From Hemiscyllium ocellatum (taxonomy: Eukaryota): 64,000 nucleotides of DNA. The stretch is taken from NCBI RefSeq assembly GCF_020745735.1, contig NC_083429.1:16907877-16971876 (forward strand). Reading direction: 5' to 3'. Shown one piece after another: positions 36,851-50,195 of this stretch. The notes below the pieces were generated by a model. The model ran no database searches. It was not told the origin of the DNA and saw nothing but the letters and a program-made list of their open reading frames with translations. A program made the translations under genes and the position numbers. Within the stretch, counting starts at the first letter, position 1. Each line of letters opens with the position of its first letter.

Positions 36851-37046
36851 TATTAAAGCAAGTGACTCTGCAGTCCATGAAACAGCTGTTTGTCCTGCTT
36901 CAGTGCTTGTCTTCTGTCATTCACCACTGTGTTTGTATGTTCCCATTTTAACGCCATCTCAGCAAAACTCCAGCATTTCTTTCCACCCATCCTCTGCATT
37001 GCCATCGCAAGGATCCCTGAAAAATGTGTTCTCAGTCCCGTCTTCT

Positions 37047-37887
37047 GAATAGAATAGCAGAGAAATTTGTCATCACCGTACTTTTAGATGAAAAATACAG
37101 TGAAAAGTTTTAAGACCCCTACCACAGTACCTATATTAATGACAGAAATCATATATAATTTTAAAAATGTAAAATTAAGGCAAAGTTCTTCAAAGTTCAA
37201 TTAATGCTCCTGGAAAGCTGATTAAGGAATGATGGAACACACTGAGACGCAGCAGGGATAAGAGCCATTCTGGACGAGACTGCCTTTCCAGGCTGCTGGA
37301 ATACTGGGCCAGAAGGCGCTGCTGAAGGAGACCACGCCAGGAAAAGACTGCCACTGCCCGATGAGACTGGATTTTAGGCAGCTGGAAGACTAAGACTGCC
37401 ACAGTGGCTGAGACTTTCTTGCCAGGACAAGACTGCTGTGGCAGTACAGGACCACCACACTGGGAGACTGCTATGTTATGCCACAGGAAACTACTGTGTC
37501 ACTGAGCCGGGAGAAGCCTTCTGTTATTCATCCAACAATCCTCCAGAAACTGCCACTGATCCACCATCACTGCCTTTCATTTATATTTTTGCTCTCAGGC
37601 ACCCAGGTCTAGCTGCAGACCTGAGCTTCAGCCCAGCCTGCGAGTCTGTATGAGGGGAGTCAGACCAGGAGCTGCTCCTCACTCACTGTGAGACCCTGGC
37701 CTCGGGTGGAGCAGTGGTTCATCCTGGATGCTGATGTTGCCACTGTCCTTCACCCCACCACCATCCAGGCTTTTAAAAAAAGAAAACAAAAAGTAAAAAT
37801 AAAGGGGGAGAAAAGAATTGGAAGAAAGCTGATTGATAGGAGCAGACAAGCTCTGCACACAGCCCCCTTACTCCGCCACCATCTTTG
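37047..37887 (-). mobile_element. Probable non-autonomous retroposon
   Basis: Minus strand begins CAAAGATGGTGGCGG (internal-promoter/YY1-like) and ends ttttcactgtattt...gtgatgacaaat...ctattctattc, a LINE-type tail. Confidence 0.4.
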
Positions 37888-38667
37888 ATTAACATGCTGT
37901 TATTGTGAAAAGTTCCCTCATGCATGGGCTCAATACTGTCTACCATTCCTCTGGATCCTTTGATTGGCTCTCTGCTGTCAGACCTCTTGACCAGCAACAG
38001 GTTTTTAACTATCCACTTTATCCTATCAGTAACCTGCTCTAACCTTCTGAGCTTTAAATTCCTATAATGCTAGCCCCTTGTACAATGCTCCCCCATCCAC
38101 CTTCACACCAATATTGATGGCTATGCCTTTACACACTAGATATCTTGTTTAAATCCTTCTCTTTAATATTTTCCTTTTTGACCAAATGCTTGTTTACTTG
38201 CCCTAATGCCAGCACCTTTAGTTATCATTGTTACTTTTTGACCACAGTGGTAATCTTTGTATTTTAACACATCCTTCTATGAAGTATCTTGAGATATTTT
38301 ATTATACACAAGGTGCTTTATAAATGCAAGTTGCTTAAGTCTAAATTGGACCTTGGATGATGACTTTAGATGAAATGAATTGTGTTTCCCTATCCTATGC
38401 TCTGACTGAACCAGACCAGCCCCCAGTTATGTTGCTTGATCATATGTTGGGTATTAAGTTATGTACCCAATCTATTGTCAAGGTCTTTCCATTCTAACAT
38501 TTACACCAGTCGCACTGAAACTTCTGCACATATCCTTGTATCCTCCTCACGTGACTCTTCTAATATCTGCTTGCTGACCTCCCAGTTATTTGATTCCATA
38601 ACACTGACTTGTTCAAAATACTACTCAAATACTGTCGTACTCAATTATCACCTTGAGCTTGTTGACC

Positions 38668-39585
38668 ATAGAGTCATACAGCATGGAAACAGACTTTTCA
38701 GTCCATCCATTTCATGTCAAACATAATCCCAAACTAAACTAGTCCAACCTGCCTGCTCTTGGCCCATATCCTTCCAAATCTTTTCTTTCATGTACTTATC
38801 TAAGTGTCTTAAACATTGTAACTGCACTTGCATCCACCATTTCCTCAAGAAGTTCATTCCAGATATGTACCACCCTCTGTGTAAAAAAAAATTGCCCCAA
38901 TATCTTTTTAAAATCTCTCTTCTCACCTTAAAAATATGTCCCCTAATCTTGAAATCCCCAATCTAGGGCAAAGACACCTACCATTGACCTTATCTGTATT
39001 CCTCATGGTTTTATAAACTTCCATAAGTTCACCCCTCAATCTCTTATGCTCCAGTGAAAAAGCTCCTAGCCTTTCTTTATAATTCAAACCATCCATACCC
39101 ACAACATCCTGGTAAATCTCTTCTGAACCCTCTCTGGCTTAATAACTTCCTTCCTATAACAGGGTGACTAGAACTAGAAACGGTACTCCAGAAGAGACCT
39201 CACCTATGTACTGTACAACCTCAACATGACTTCCTAGTTCCTATACTCAAAGGAGTGAACAATGAGGGTAAGCTTGCTAAATGCCTTTTTAACCACCCTG
39301 TCTATATATGACACAAACTTTAGAGAACTATATACCTGAACTCCTAGATCATTCTGCTCTGTGACCCTACCGAAGGCCCCACTGTTAAGTCCTGCCCTTG
39401 TTTATTGTACAAAAACACAGTACCTTGCATTTATCCAAATTGAACTCCATCTGTCATTTTTCAGCTCGTTGACCCATTGATCAAGATCCCTTTGTAATCT
39501 TAGAAAACCTTCACTGTCTACCATGCCACCAATTTTGGTGTCGTCTGTGAATTTACTAACCATGTCATCTCTCTTTTCATCCAAA
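38668..39585 (-). mobile_element. CR1 RT/3' fragment
   Basis: ORF 39402..39584 SKFTDDTKIGG; CR1 tail. Confidence 0.9.
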
Positions 39586-40444
39586 TCATTTCTATACGTG
39601 AAATAAAAAGCTGGTCTTGATAAAAGTGATCAAGAGGTTTTAACGCTACAGTGGTCTGAGTGTTTTTCAAACAACCTTTTGGAACAAAAACCTATTGGAT
39701 TTGCTCTGTTTACCTGATTGGTGTGTGGGACAGGATTTACTAATGTAGTTAACTCTGAGGTATACACTGAAGTAGCCTTGACAGCCATTCAATTCAGCAC
39801 AACTAGAGATAGACAATAAATGCTGGCCTGATCAGCCAAAACTACAATCCAAGAACAGCATCTAGTTACAGAGAATGTAAAGTGTACTGCAGCCCAAAGA
39901 GCAGAGATGGGATATGTGGAGACTCAAAATTCTATACTTTCTCATTGCTCACCTCATTTTCCCTTGTTGTTCTGTACAATATCCTGTGTTTCCCCCTTTT
40001 GTTCTACATAAATATATCCTGAGTTAGAGTCTGAGTTTTACATGGTTATGCTGGAGCCTCTGGCTGCTGAGTTGTTATCTGTAAAGTGAGCAGAAGTAAC
40101 ATTGCCATGTTCATTTGTACTCTGTCCATTCACCATTCCTGTTAACAGTAATGATGTGGAAAACATCTCTCGTGCTGATTACAAACACTTGAATTTCACA
40201 TTGGATCAACTGGTGTATGCCTTAATCACAATAACATTCTCTTGCTGTTTCTATATCCGTATCAATTGAGATCCTTTGTTCAAGGATGTCATTATGTTTC
40301 TATGTCTGCCATTAATTGGTGTGAATCTTATTTGTAACAATGTCAAGTTAGTTTGAACAGCAAATTCTCAATTGTTTTTGTTTGCTTTTCTGTACTCTTA
40401 CACCATGCACACCAGTATATGCTAATCATATACTTTTAACTTAG

Positions 40445-42910
40445 AAGTACAGGGAGGATGAGACAAACATGGCTGACGAGGGATGTATAAAAGCAAAAGA
40501 GAAAGCATATAATATGGTGAAGTACAGTGGAAACTAGAGGATTGGGAAGCTTACAAGTGACCAACAGATGGCAACAGAAAAAAAAATGAAAGAGAAGATT
40601 AAATATGAGTGTAAGCTAGCCAGCAATTTAAAGGAAGACTGAGTTTCTTTAGATATATAAAGGGCAAAAGAAATGAAAAAGTGCACATTATACTACTGAA
40701 AAATGACAGTGGAAAGATAGAAATAGGGAACAAAGAAATGGCTGAGGAACTGAATAATTACTTTGCATCAGTCTTCATGCTGGAAGGCGCAAATTATATC
40801 CCAAAAACTGAAGAGAATGAGGGGGCAAAGCTGAATATGGTGGCCATCGTCAAGGAGAAGGTGCTAGAAAAACTGAATGGCCTGAAGGTGGGTAAATCAC
40901 CTGGATCAGATGAACTATAGCACAGAGTCCTAAGGGAGATAGTTGAATAGATAGATATTGAAGGTGTTGGTAGTGTTCTTTCAGGAATTGCTAGAGTCAG
41001 GGAGAGTCCCAGAGGACTGGAAAATTGCTACCGTAACACCCCTGTTCAAAAAGGGAGTAGGGCAAAATATGGAAAATTACAGTCTGATTAGCCTAACCTT
41101 GGTTGTGCATAAGATCCTGGAATCCATTGTGAAGGATGAGATTTCTGAATATTTGGAAATGTATGGTAAAATAGGGTTTTATCCAGCAGAGATCATGCCT
41201 GACAAATTGCTAGAATTCTTTGAGGTCACATTTGCTTACAGTTCAAACTTTTAACCTGCTATTGTTAGTTGCTATTCATGGTTGACCACGGAGTTCCATA
41301 ATAGCAGTCTGAGAATTTGAATTCTGTTTTGTCATAAATCTAGAAATAAAAATGGTAGGTTTCCAATTTCTTCAAGCTGTCTGACCGTTGTGAAAACCAA
41401 CCTGTTCGCTGAAAGTAATTTTTGAGATTGGAAACTTACCATCCTGCTGAGTCTGGTCTACTTGCAACTGCAGGCCAAAATCATTGGGGTATTGAGTACA
41501 GGGGTTGGGAGACCATGTTGTGGCTGTACAGGATATTGCTTAGACCACTGTTGGAATATTGCATGTAATTCTGGTCTCCTTCCTATCAGAAAGATGTTGT
41601 GAAACTTGAAAGGGTTCAGAAAAGATTTACAAGAATGTTGCCAGGGTTGGAGGATTTGAGCTAGAGGGAGAGGCTGAACAGGCTGGGACTATTTTTCCTG
41701 GAGCGTCAGAGGCTGTGGGGTGACCTGATAGAGCTTTATAAAATCATGAGGGGCATGGATTGGATAAATAGACAAAGTCTTTTCCCTGGGGTGGGCAAGT
41801 AATGAACTAGAGGGCATAGGTTTAGGGTGAGAGGGCAAAGATATAAAAGAGACCTAAGGGCACCTTTTTAACGCAGAGGGTGATATGTGTATGGAATGAG
41901 CTGCCAGAGGAAGTGGTGGAGGCTGGTACAATTGCAACATTTAAGAGGCATTTGGATGGGTATATGAGTAGGAAGGGTTTGGAGGGATATGGACCTGGTG
42001 CTGGCAGGTGGGACTAGATTGGGTTGGAGTATCTGGTTGGCGTGGACAGGTTGGACTGCAGGAACGCATACCAAACATCATCTTCACTATCCTATCTACC
42101 TCCGACTCCACTTTCAAGGAGGAAGGCAAATGCAACGAAGGTGTTTATGTTGAGGGGATTCGAAGGTAGGCTGTACTTCTGAGGCTCTGGTCAGACCGCA
42201 TTTGGAGTATTGTGCACAGTTTTGGGCCCCATCTCAGGAAGAATGTAATGGCCCTGGAACATGTTCAGAGGAGGTTCATTAGAATGTCTCAGAAGTTAAA
42301 AGCTTCATATTTGAGGACACTGGGTCGATACTCAGTGGAGTTTAGAAGGCTGAGGGCAGATCAAATTGAAACTTGGAGAATACTGAATGGCTTGGACCAA
42401 GTGGATATTGGGAAGATATTTCCATTGGTAGGAAAAACTAGGACCTGAGGGCACAACCTTAGTTAAGAGAAGACCTTTTAGACCCGAGATGAGGAGACAA
42501 AGTTAAAAATCACACAACACCAAGTTATCTTCAACAGGTTTATTTGGAAACACTCGCTTTTGGAACCCAGTATCATAGAGAGGTACTCCTTTGGCTATAC
42601 ATTCTGCGAGCATGATCTTAACCTCCACATCCCCCTGATGAAGGTGCGGCATTTTGAAAGCTGGTACTTCCAAATAAACCTATTGAACTATAACCTGGTG
42701 TTGTGATTTTTAACTGTGTCCACCCCAGTACAACACCAGCACCTCCAGCTCATGGAGATCAGGAGAAAACTCTTCAGCCAGAAAGTGGTGAATCTATGAA
42801 ATTCTGCCATAGAAGGCTGTGGAAGCCAGGTCATTGAATATATTTAAATGGATATGGCTAGGTTCTTGATTGTCAAGGGTTATAGGGAGAAAGTAGGAAA
42901 TTGGGGCTGA
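40445..42910 (+). mobile_element. Cluster of nested CR1 fragments, with a SINE remnant at about 41280-41480
   Basis: ORFs 40681..40920 (ELNNYFASVF), 40958..41254 (VPEDWK) and 42212..42448 (LEHVQRRF); CR1 3' copy 41485-42060. Confidence 0.85.
42498..42754. mobile_element. F1 element inserted in CR1, with TSD
   Basis: gagatgaggaga (42486-42497) and gagatcaggaga (42755-42766) flank the inverted arms. Confidence 0.75.
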
Positions 42911-44009
42911 AAACCTTTTTTATGGTGACATTTAGTTTCACAGGAAACTTTAGCTTCCTTCAAGACCTTTTCAATACCATACAAGATGGACATATATAAA
43001 TAAAAACAAATAGTGGTGACCTGTGGATGGTACAGCTGTAGACATCAAAGCTGCATTTTTTTTCACACATGACTCATAGAACATGAGATTAAACTCAGTG
43101 CATAAAATTTCCATTCTGTGCAAGTCAAGGTTTAGCAAATAACTGCTGGTCTTTCTCATGCTGAAGTCTCTAATGTGGACTTTATTTTGGACCAGGAAAA
43201 GTGAGAGTACTATGATAAAGAAACAACATTGTGACAAGAGCCTTTCTAGAGCACTATTAACATAGAAAAGAACATATGGTCTATTAAATCCAGCAGAGAT
43301 AAGCAACTGAGTCCCAAAGAAATCAAAACATTGTCAGTGATTACAAGATACAACCATATCTTAATGATATATTTTCACTGAGCTAACTAACATTCTAAAG
43401 ATGTTCTTGAGACTCATTGAACCTTGACATCAGAGGAACTGTGGAAGTTATTGGAACATAACACAAAAACCATTGATATTTCCATGGAAGTCACAGTAAG
43501 TAAAGAATCCTGGAAGAAATTCACTCCCAATTTCCTTCACCATCTGAGAAAAGAAATACAAAATACAAATGGTGCAGGGTCTCCTTTTCAGAAGGTCTCA
43601 TTCAGATCAGCCAGACTGCAGATTCACTGCCACCAGCGGCATATTCATGAAGAATGCTCCCTTTCCGCGCACAATCAAAAGATGCTGAAAACAGCTATAT
43701 CTGTTCTACTGGGTAAGAAAACACTGGAACTAGCAATTTGGAATGTTTTTGTGGCTCTATCTTCCAATCCGCTACTCACACACCTGTATTTTTCATCTCC
43801 TGCTCACACCTAAGCTCTTCATTGGCTCATGGTGTTGGGATAGTATCTCAGCATGGATAGGGCTCAGAGTTAGGATACATGGGCCATTTTCAGGCTGGCA
43901 AACAGTAGTAACCAGTGGAGTGCTACTGGGATCACTGCTGGGGTCTCAATTTTATGAGGGATTTCAAACCACCTTTGCAAATGGTACAAAGATAAGGAGG
44001 AAGATAAGT

Positions 44010-44360
44010 TGTGTGAGGGGAGTACAGTGGAGTAGTGCTAGTAGCCCTGAATGCTCTGGAAGCGAGGCTCAAATTATTGAATTTAAATTCATTGAATAAA
44101 CTCCAGAATTGAAAGTTGGTCTTATTCCCAAGAATGATCATTGTTTAAAAAATTAATCTGATTTCTTCATGCCTTTTAGGGAAGGAAATCTGCTGTACTT
44201 CACTGAACCTCCCCTACATGTGACTGCAGACACAAAACAATGTGGTTAACTTTTAACTGTCCTCTGAAATGGCCAATCTAGCCCCACAGTTCTAGAGCAA
44301 TTAGGAATGATCAATAAATGCTGACATTGCCATCAAAACTCATATTCCATCAAATAATTT
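44010..44360 (+). mobile_element. tRNA-derived SINE (SlmI-like body) inserted in a CR1 fragment
   Basis: gggaaggaaatctgc...ctacatgtgactgcagac...aatgtggttaacttttaactgtcctctgaaatggcc; second copy at 60950-61200. Confidence 0.5.
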
Positions 44361-44567
44361 TTAAAGTTTGAAAAGTGAAAATGAGTATAAATAACCTGAA
44401 TGAGTGATTAAAAATTTAGCAAATGAAATATATGGTAAAATGTGAAACTGCCCACTTTGATAGAATGAAGAGTGAAGCAGAATATAAGTTAAATTGTGAG
44501 AGACTGTAGAATACTAAGGTCAGAGGGACGATTGCTTGCAAACGTTCACAGAAAATTGGCATGGAAT

Positions 44568-45842
44568 TATAGAGTCAGAGAGATGTACAACATGGAAACA
44601 GGCCCTTCGGTCCAACTCATCCAAGCCGACCAGATATCGCAACCCAATCTAGTCCCACCTGCCAGCACCCAGTCCATATCCCTCCAAACTCTTCCTAATC
44701 ATATACCAATCCAGATGCCTCTTAAATGTTGCAATTGTATTAACCTCCACCAGTTCCTCTGGCAGCTCATTCCATACATGTACCAACCTCTGCGTGAAAA
44801 TGTTGCCTTTTTTTATATCTTTGTCCTCTCACCCTAAACCTATGCCCTCTAGTTATAGACTCCCCCACCACAGGGAAAAGACTTTGTCTATTTACCCTAT
44901 CCATGCCCCTCATGATTTCATAAACCTCTATAAGGTCACCCCTCAGTCTCTGATGCTCTAGGGAAAACAGCCCTAGCCTATTCAACCTCTCCCTATAGAT
45001 TAAATTCTCCAACCCTGGCAACATCCTTTCCTGAACCCTTTCAAGTTTCACAGCATCCTTCCGATAGAAAGGAGACCAAAATTGCACGCAATATTCCAAC
45101 AGTGGCCTAACCAATGTCTTGTACAGTCGCAACATGACCTCCCAACTCCAGGTGGAGAAGCGTCACTCCAAAAGCTAGTGTGCTTCCAATTAAACCTATT
45201 GGACCACAACCTGGTGTTGTGATTTTTTAACTTTGTACACCCGGGCATCTCCAAATTTTAACTCTTATGCTCACATCCAATCATTTACATAAAGTGCACG
45301 GTAGATTAAGAAGCATCTGGACAAATGTATGAGTAGGTGGGGAGCAGAGGGATACAGATGGTAATGAATTGACTGACAGCTTTAGATAGTACATTTGGAT
45401 CGGCTCAGGCTTGGAGGGCTAAAGGGCCTGTTCCTAGCCTGAAAATTTTCTTTGTTCTAAATGATGAAAAGTAGTGGACCCAGCACTGATACTTGTGGCA
45501 CACCACTGGTCACAGGCCTCCAGTCTGAAAAAGAACCCTCCACCATCACTCTCTGTCTTCTACCTTTGAGCCAGTTCTGTATCCAAATAGCTAGTTCTCC
45601 CTGTATTCCATGGGATCTAATCTTGCTAACCAGTCTCCCATGGGGAACCTTGTCAAACACCTTATTGAAGTCCATGTAGATCACATTTACCACTCTGCCC
45701 TCATCGATGTTTTTTGTTACTTTTTAAAAAACACAAGCAAGTTTGTGAGATATGATTTCCCACGCATAAAGCCATGTTGACTATCCCTAATCAGTCCTTT
45801 CCTTTACATGTACATCCTGTCCCTCAGGATTCACTCCAACAA
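44568..45842 (-). mobile_element. CR1 LINE pieces (3' end and RT), interrupted by an F1 half-element (45151-45260) and a + CR1 tail
   Basis: ORFs 44767..45135 and 45457..45693 (YMDFNKVFDKVPHGRL...GVPQVSVLGPLLF). Confidence 0.9.
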
Positions 45843-46429
45843 TGAGGAAGACAATTGAATATTGGCTTTTATTGCAAGGGGAATGGTGTACGAGAGAATA
45901 AGCAGAGGAGTTGAATACATACTTTGCATCAATCTTCATAGTAGAAAACACTATTAGCATTACAAAATATTAAATGGGTAAAGGAATGAAGGGAAATAAA
46001 TACAATAACATCACTGGAGAAGAAAATGCAATGAAAACTACTGGGGCTACTGTACCTGATGGGATGTGTCATAGGCTATTACAAGAAATAGCAATTACAG
46101 ATAGTGGATGTACTGGTGGTAAACTCCCAAGAATTCTTAGATTCTGGAAACATTCTGTGGGTTTGGAAAACTGCCAATCTCGCATCTTTATTTGAGAAGG
46201 GAAGGAGGTAAAACAAAACAGGTAACTATAGGCCACTTAGCTTAACATCTGCAGTAGCAGAGCATAAAACTGCATAGCATGATCAAGAAGAGTCAGCATA
46301 GCTTCACGAGGGGAAATTGTGCCTGACAAATTGACCAAAAAACCTTTTGAGGTGGTAACAAGCAGTATAGCTAAAAGGAAGCAGTGGATGTAATATACTT
46401 AGATTTGCAGAAGAGAATGTAACACAGGT

Positions 46430-48160
46430 TAGGCCTTTTTTTAATTCATGCACAGGACTATGGTGTCACTGCTATACTTATTGCCTGTTCTTAGTTGGAC
46501 CCTGAGAGGTTCACTGAGAGCTACCTTCTTGAACCGCAGGCCATATGTTGGAGGTAGACCCACAAAGCTGTTAGGGAGGATGTTCCAGGATCTTGACCCA
46601 GTAAGTGGGGAAAGGGATGGTGATTATATTTCTATGTCAGAATAGTGAATGGCTTGGAGGGGAACTTTCATGGGGTGGTGTTCCATGTATTTGCTGTCCA
46701 TATCCTTTTAGACAAGTTGGTCATGTGTTTAGAAGATTCTGTCTAAGGATCTTTGACAAATGTCTGCAGTGCAACTTGCAGGTGATACAGGCTGCTGGTA
46801 CTGACCATCAGTAGTGGAGGGAGTGATGTTTGTGGATGTGCCAATTAAGTGAGTTGTTGTGTCCTGGGCGATGTCAAGCTTCTTGAGTGTAGTTGGAACT
46901 GCAGTCATTCAGGCAAATGGAGAGTATTTCACACTCCTAACTTGTGAGTTGTAGATGGTGGATAGGCTTTGGGAAATCAGGAGGTGACTCACTCACTGCA
47001 GTCTTCCTAGCTCTGATGTTGTTGTAGCCACTGTTTCTTCAGTGAGTCCATATGAGTTTCAAGTCCATGGTAACCCCTGGTATGTTGATAGTGGGAAATT
47101 CAGTGATCTGTAATGCCATTGAATATCAGGGGGCAATGATTAGACTGTCTTTTCTTGGAAATAATTATTTCCTGGCATTTGCATGGTGAATATTATTTGC
47201 CCCTTCTCAACTCAAGCCTTTTATTGCATTTGAACATGGATTGCTTTTGTATCTGAGGAGTCATGAATCATGCTGAACATTGTGCAATTATCAGTGAACA
47301 TCCCCATTTCTGACCTCCTGATGGAGGGGAGGTTATCTATGAAGCAGCTGAAAATGCTTGAACCTCGAACACTGTCCTGAGGAACTCCTTGTCAGGGCCC
47401 ATATCCGTCACAGGATCAGAGCCTCCAAATGTTTTTTGATATTGTGTGGATTGAATTGAATTTGCTGAAGACTTGCGTCTGTGATGCTGGAGTGTGCAGA
47501 AGGATCATTCACTCGGCACTTTGTTTCGAATACTTCAGTATTCTCTTTTGCACTGATGTGCTGGGTTCCTCCATCAGTAAGGAGAGAATGTTTGTGGAGC
47601 TTCCTCCTCCAGTGAGTTGTTTAATTATCTATTCACAACTGGATATGGCAGGTCTGCAACTTAGATCTGATCTGTCAGTTGGGGATCACTTTGCTATGTC
47701 TATCACTTGCTGCTTAGGCTGTTTGGCACAAAATAGTCATGTTTTGTAGCTTCACTAAGTTGACAGTTAATGTTTAGCTATGCCTGGTGCTACTTCTGAC
47801 GTACCCATCTGCACTCTCCACTGAACCAAGGTTGATTCCCTGGATTGATGGTAATGGTAGAGTGGGAAATATGCCAAGCTCTGAGATGGCAGATTGTATT
47901 GGAGTACAATCTGGCTACTGCTGATGGCACACAATGCCAAGTCTTGAGCTGCTAGATGTGTTCGCAGTCTGTCCCATTTAGCACAATGATAATATCATAT
48001 AATGTGATATAAGGTATCTTCAATGAGAGAGTGAGACTTTGTCTCCACAAGGACTATATGGTGGTCATTCGTACAATACTATCATCTGCAGCAGGCAGAT
48101 TGATGAGAATGATGTCAAGCATGCTTTACCCTCTTATTAGTTCCCTCACCACCTGCCATC
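46430..48160 (-). mobile_element. Second-family LINE, about 1.7 kb, decayed
   Basis: Reverse-complement similarity to 7815-8570 and to the family 3' tail. Confidence 0.7.
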
Positions 48161-48269
48161 GATCCAGATTAGCAGAAATGTCATGTGGGGCCCTTGTGGT
48201 AAGTGGTAATGTCCCAACCTCTGAACCAAAAGCCTTGTCTCAGTTCCCCTACTCCAGAAGTAAAAGCAG

Positions 48270-49010
48270 AAGATGTAGGAACATGAGTTCAGTCCTTCAA
48301 CATTCAATAAGATCACGTCTGGTCCAACATTCTTCACATCCACATTCTTCACATCCACATTCTTCTCTTTTCCCTGTGACCCTTGATTGCCATACAGATC
48401 AAAAATCTGTCTAACTCAACTTTACATGTACTCAAAGACCATGCTCCCACTGCTGTGTGTGGTAAGGAGTTCCAAAGACTTTCAACCTTCTGAGAAGAAT
48501 TCCTCCTCATCTCAGTGTTAAATTGGTACTCCGTTTTTATAAGACTGTGTCCTCTTCCACAATGGTAAACATTCACAGCATTTACCCTGTCAAACTCCGT
48601 AAGAACTTGATATGATTCAATGAGATCACTTCTCGTTTTTCTATACTCCAGTCAATAGAGTCCCAATCTCTTCACCTTTTGCTCATAACATAATCTCTCC
48701 ATACCAAGGATAATCTTAGTAAGCCTTCTCTGAGCTGCCTCCAATGAAATGATAGCCAAGACTTTCCTACTCTTACACTCCAACTCTCTTGAAATAAGAG
48801 CCAATGTTGCATTAGCCTTCCTGACTTGACTTAAAAACAAGATCATGGAGTCAATGAATAAGGATGGACTGACTGTCAAGAACACCAGGTTTAAGAATTG
48901 CATATATGAAACCTGTATGGCAGCTCTCTGTGTTTCATGCACAAGTACCCCTAAATCCCTTTGTGTTACAAATTTTTGCAAATTTTGGTCGTTTAAATAA
49001 TACTCTTCTT
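48270..49010 (-). mobile_element. CR1 3' fragment
   Basis: ORFs 48652..48981 (QRDLGVLVH, LEAAQRRLTK) and 48349..48576 (LWNSLP). Confidence 0.85.
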
Positions 49011-49446
49011 TTGTTCTCAGATGCAGTGTGTGGAGGTATAGGAGGCACAGGGGTTCAAGTTGTTCCAGAAAGGGAGGTTGGGGTTCAGGATAGAATACCT
49101 GTGTGCTGCCTCCTCTACTTCCTCCCAGTGCAGGATATGGACACTATCCCCAGGGCTCCTGAAGGTGTTCTCCTATACAAACAGTAACAACTTCAGACTG
49201 CCAATCTTACTCTGGCAATTCAAAGAATCACCAGAGTAGGCTTTATTGCCTTCACCTGCTTGGTGCAATACACTGATCACTGTGCATCTTGAATGATCTT
49301 TCAGGTTGCTGTTCTGGCAGCTTGGCTGCGTTTCTCAAGGCAGTATTGCGATCCCTGATTGCCCACTGCTCCAGCTGGTAGGCCTTCTCAAACTGGGCCT
49401 GAATCTTTTCTATCTGCAGTCGGTTTGCTTGGCTTCATCCCTTCTA

Positions 49447-49910
49447 AGTGAGTCCCTCTCTCACTGCACCCCCCAGGTCATCTCCTCTGCCCTGAAGCTC
49501 TGCACCCCCCTCTTGACCAGCAATCTTCTTCCCGAGCTTTCTGCCCTCACCCCCTCTCCGGCCTATCACCCTCACCTCCTTCCACCTATCGTTTCCCCCC
49601 CCCACCTTCTAGCTTAGCCCGCTTGGCACACCAGCCTCATTCCTGAAGAAGGGCTTATGCCCGAAATGTCGATTCTCCTGCTCCTCGGATGCTGCCTGGC
49701 CTGCTGCGCTTTTCCAGCACCACATCTTTCAACTCTGGTCTCTAGCATCTGCAGTCCTCACTTTCTCCTAGTTGATCTTAACCTACTGCCAATCCTCTTG
49801 CAAGGATGCCTACGTTGAAGAAGCTCTCCTCCTCCCTCTACAAGGATCTCAGTCTTCCCGACCTCTCCGCGCCCACACCTTCTCCGGCCTATCACCCTCC
49901 CTTTATCCAC
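49447..49910 (+). mobile_element. Non-autonomous Penelope-type element (family F2) with hammerhead-like motif
   Basis: ctgaagaagggcttatgcccgaaatgtc at 49643-49670; internal direct repeat 49527-49573 / 49853-49899. Confidence 0.75.
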
Positions 49911-50067
49911 CCAAGCCTCTTCTTGTTTAAATATTTTGTTAAGGTTTCCTCCCAATTCATACTACTGCCATAGCAGATATTTTTTCTTGCTCTTTAGTAT
50001 TTGTCTCTTAAAATCTATGGTTTGTGTATCTCATGTAGCTCCTGCTTCTGCCCAGTTTCTGGTCTAA

Positions 50068-50195
50068 GGAGCAGGAGAATCGACGTTTCAGGCATAAGCC
50101 CTTCCTGAAGAAGGGCTTATGCCCGAAACGTCGATTCTCCTGCTCCTCAAATGCTGCCTGGCCTGCTGTGTCTTTCCAGCACCACATTTTGTAAC
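50068..50195. mobile_element. F2 fold-back fragment (37-bp arms, 5-nt loop) with intact hammerhead core
   Basis: ggagcaggagaatcgacgtttcaggcataagcccttc-ctgaa-gaagggcttatgcccgaaacgtcgattctcctgctcc. Confidence 0.8.

Noticed and set aside
40151-40178. C/D-box snoRNA (ATGATGT...CTGA)
   Set aside because: Imperfect C box, only 28 nt span, and no convincing terminal stem
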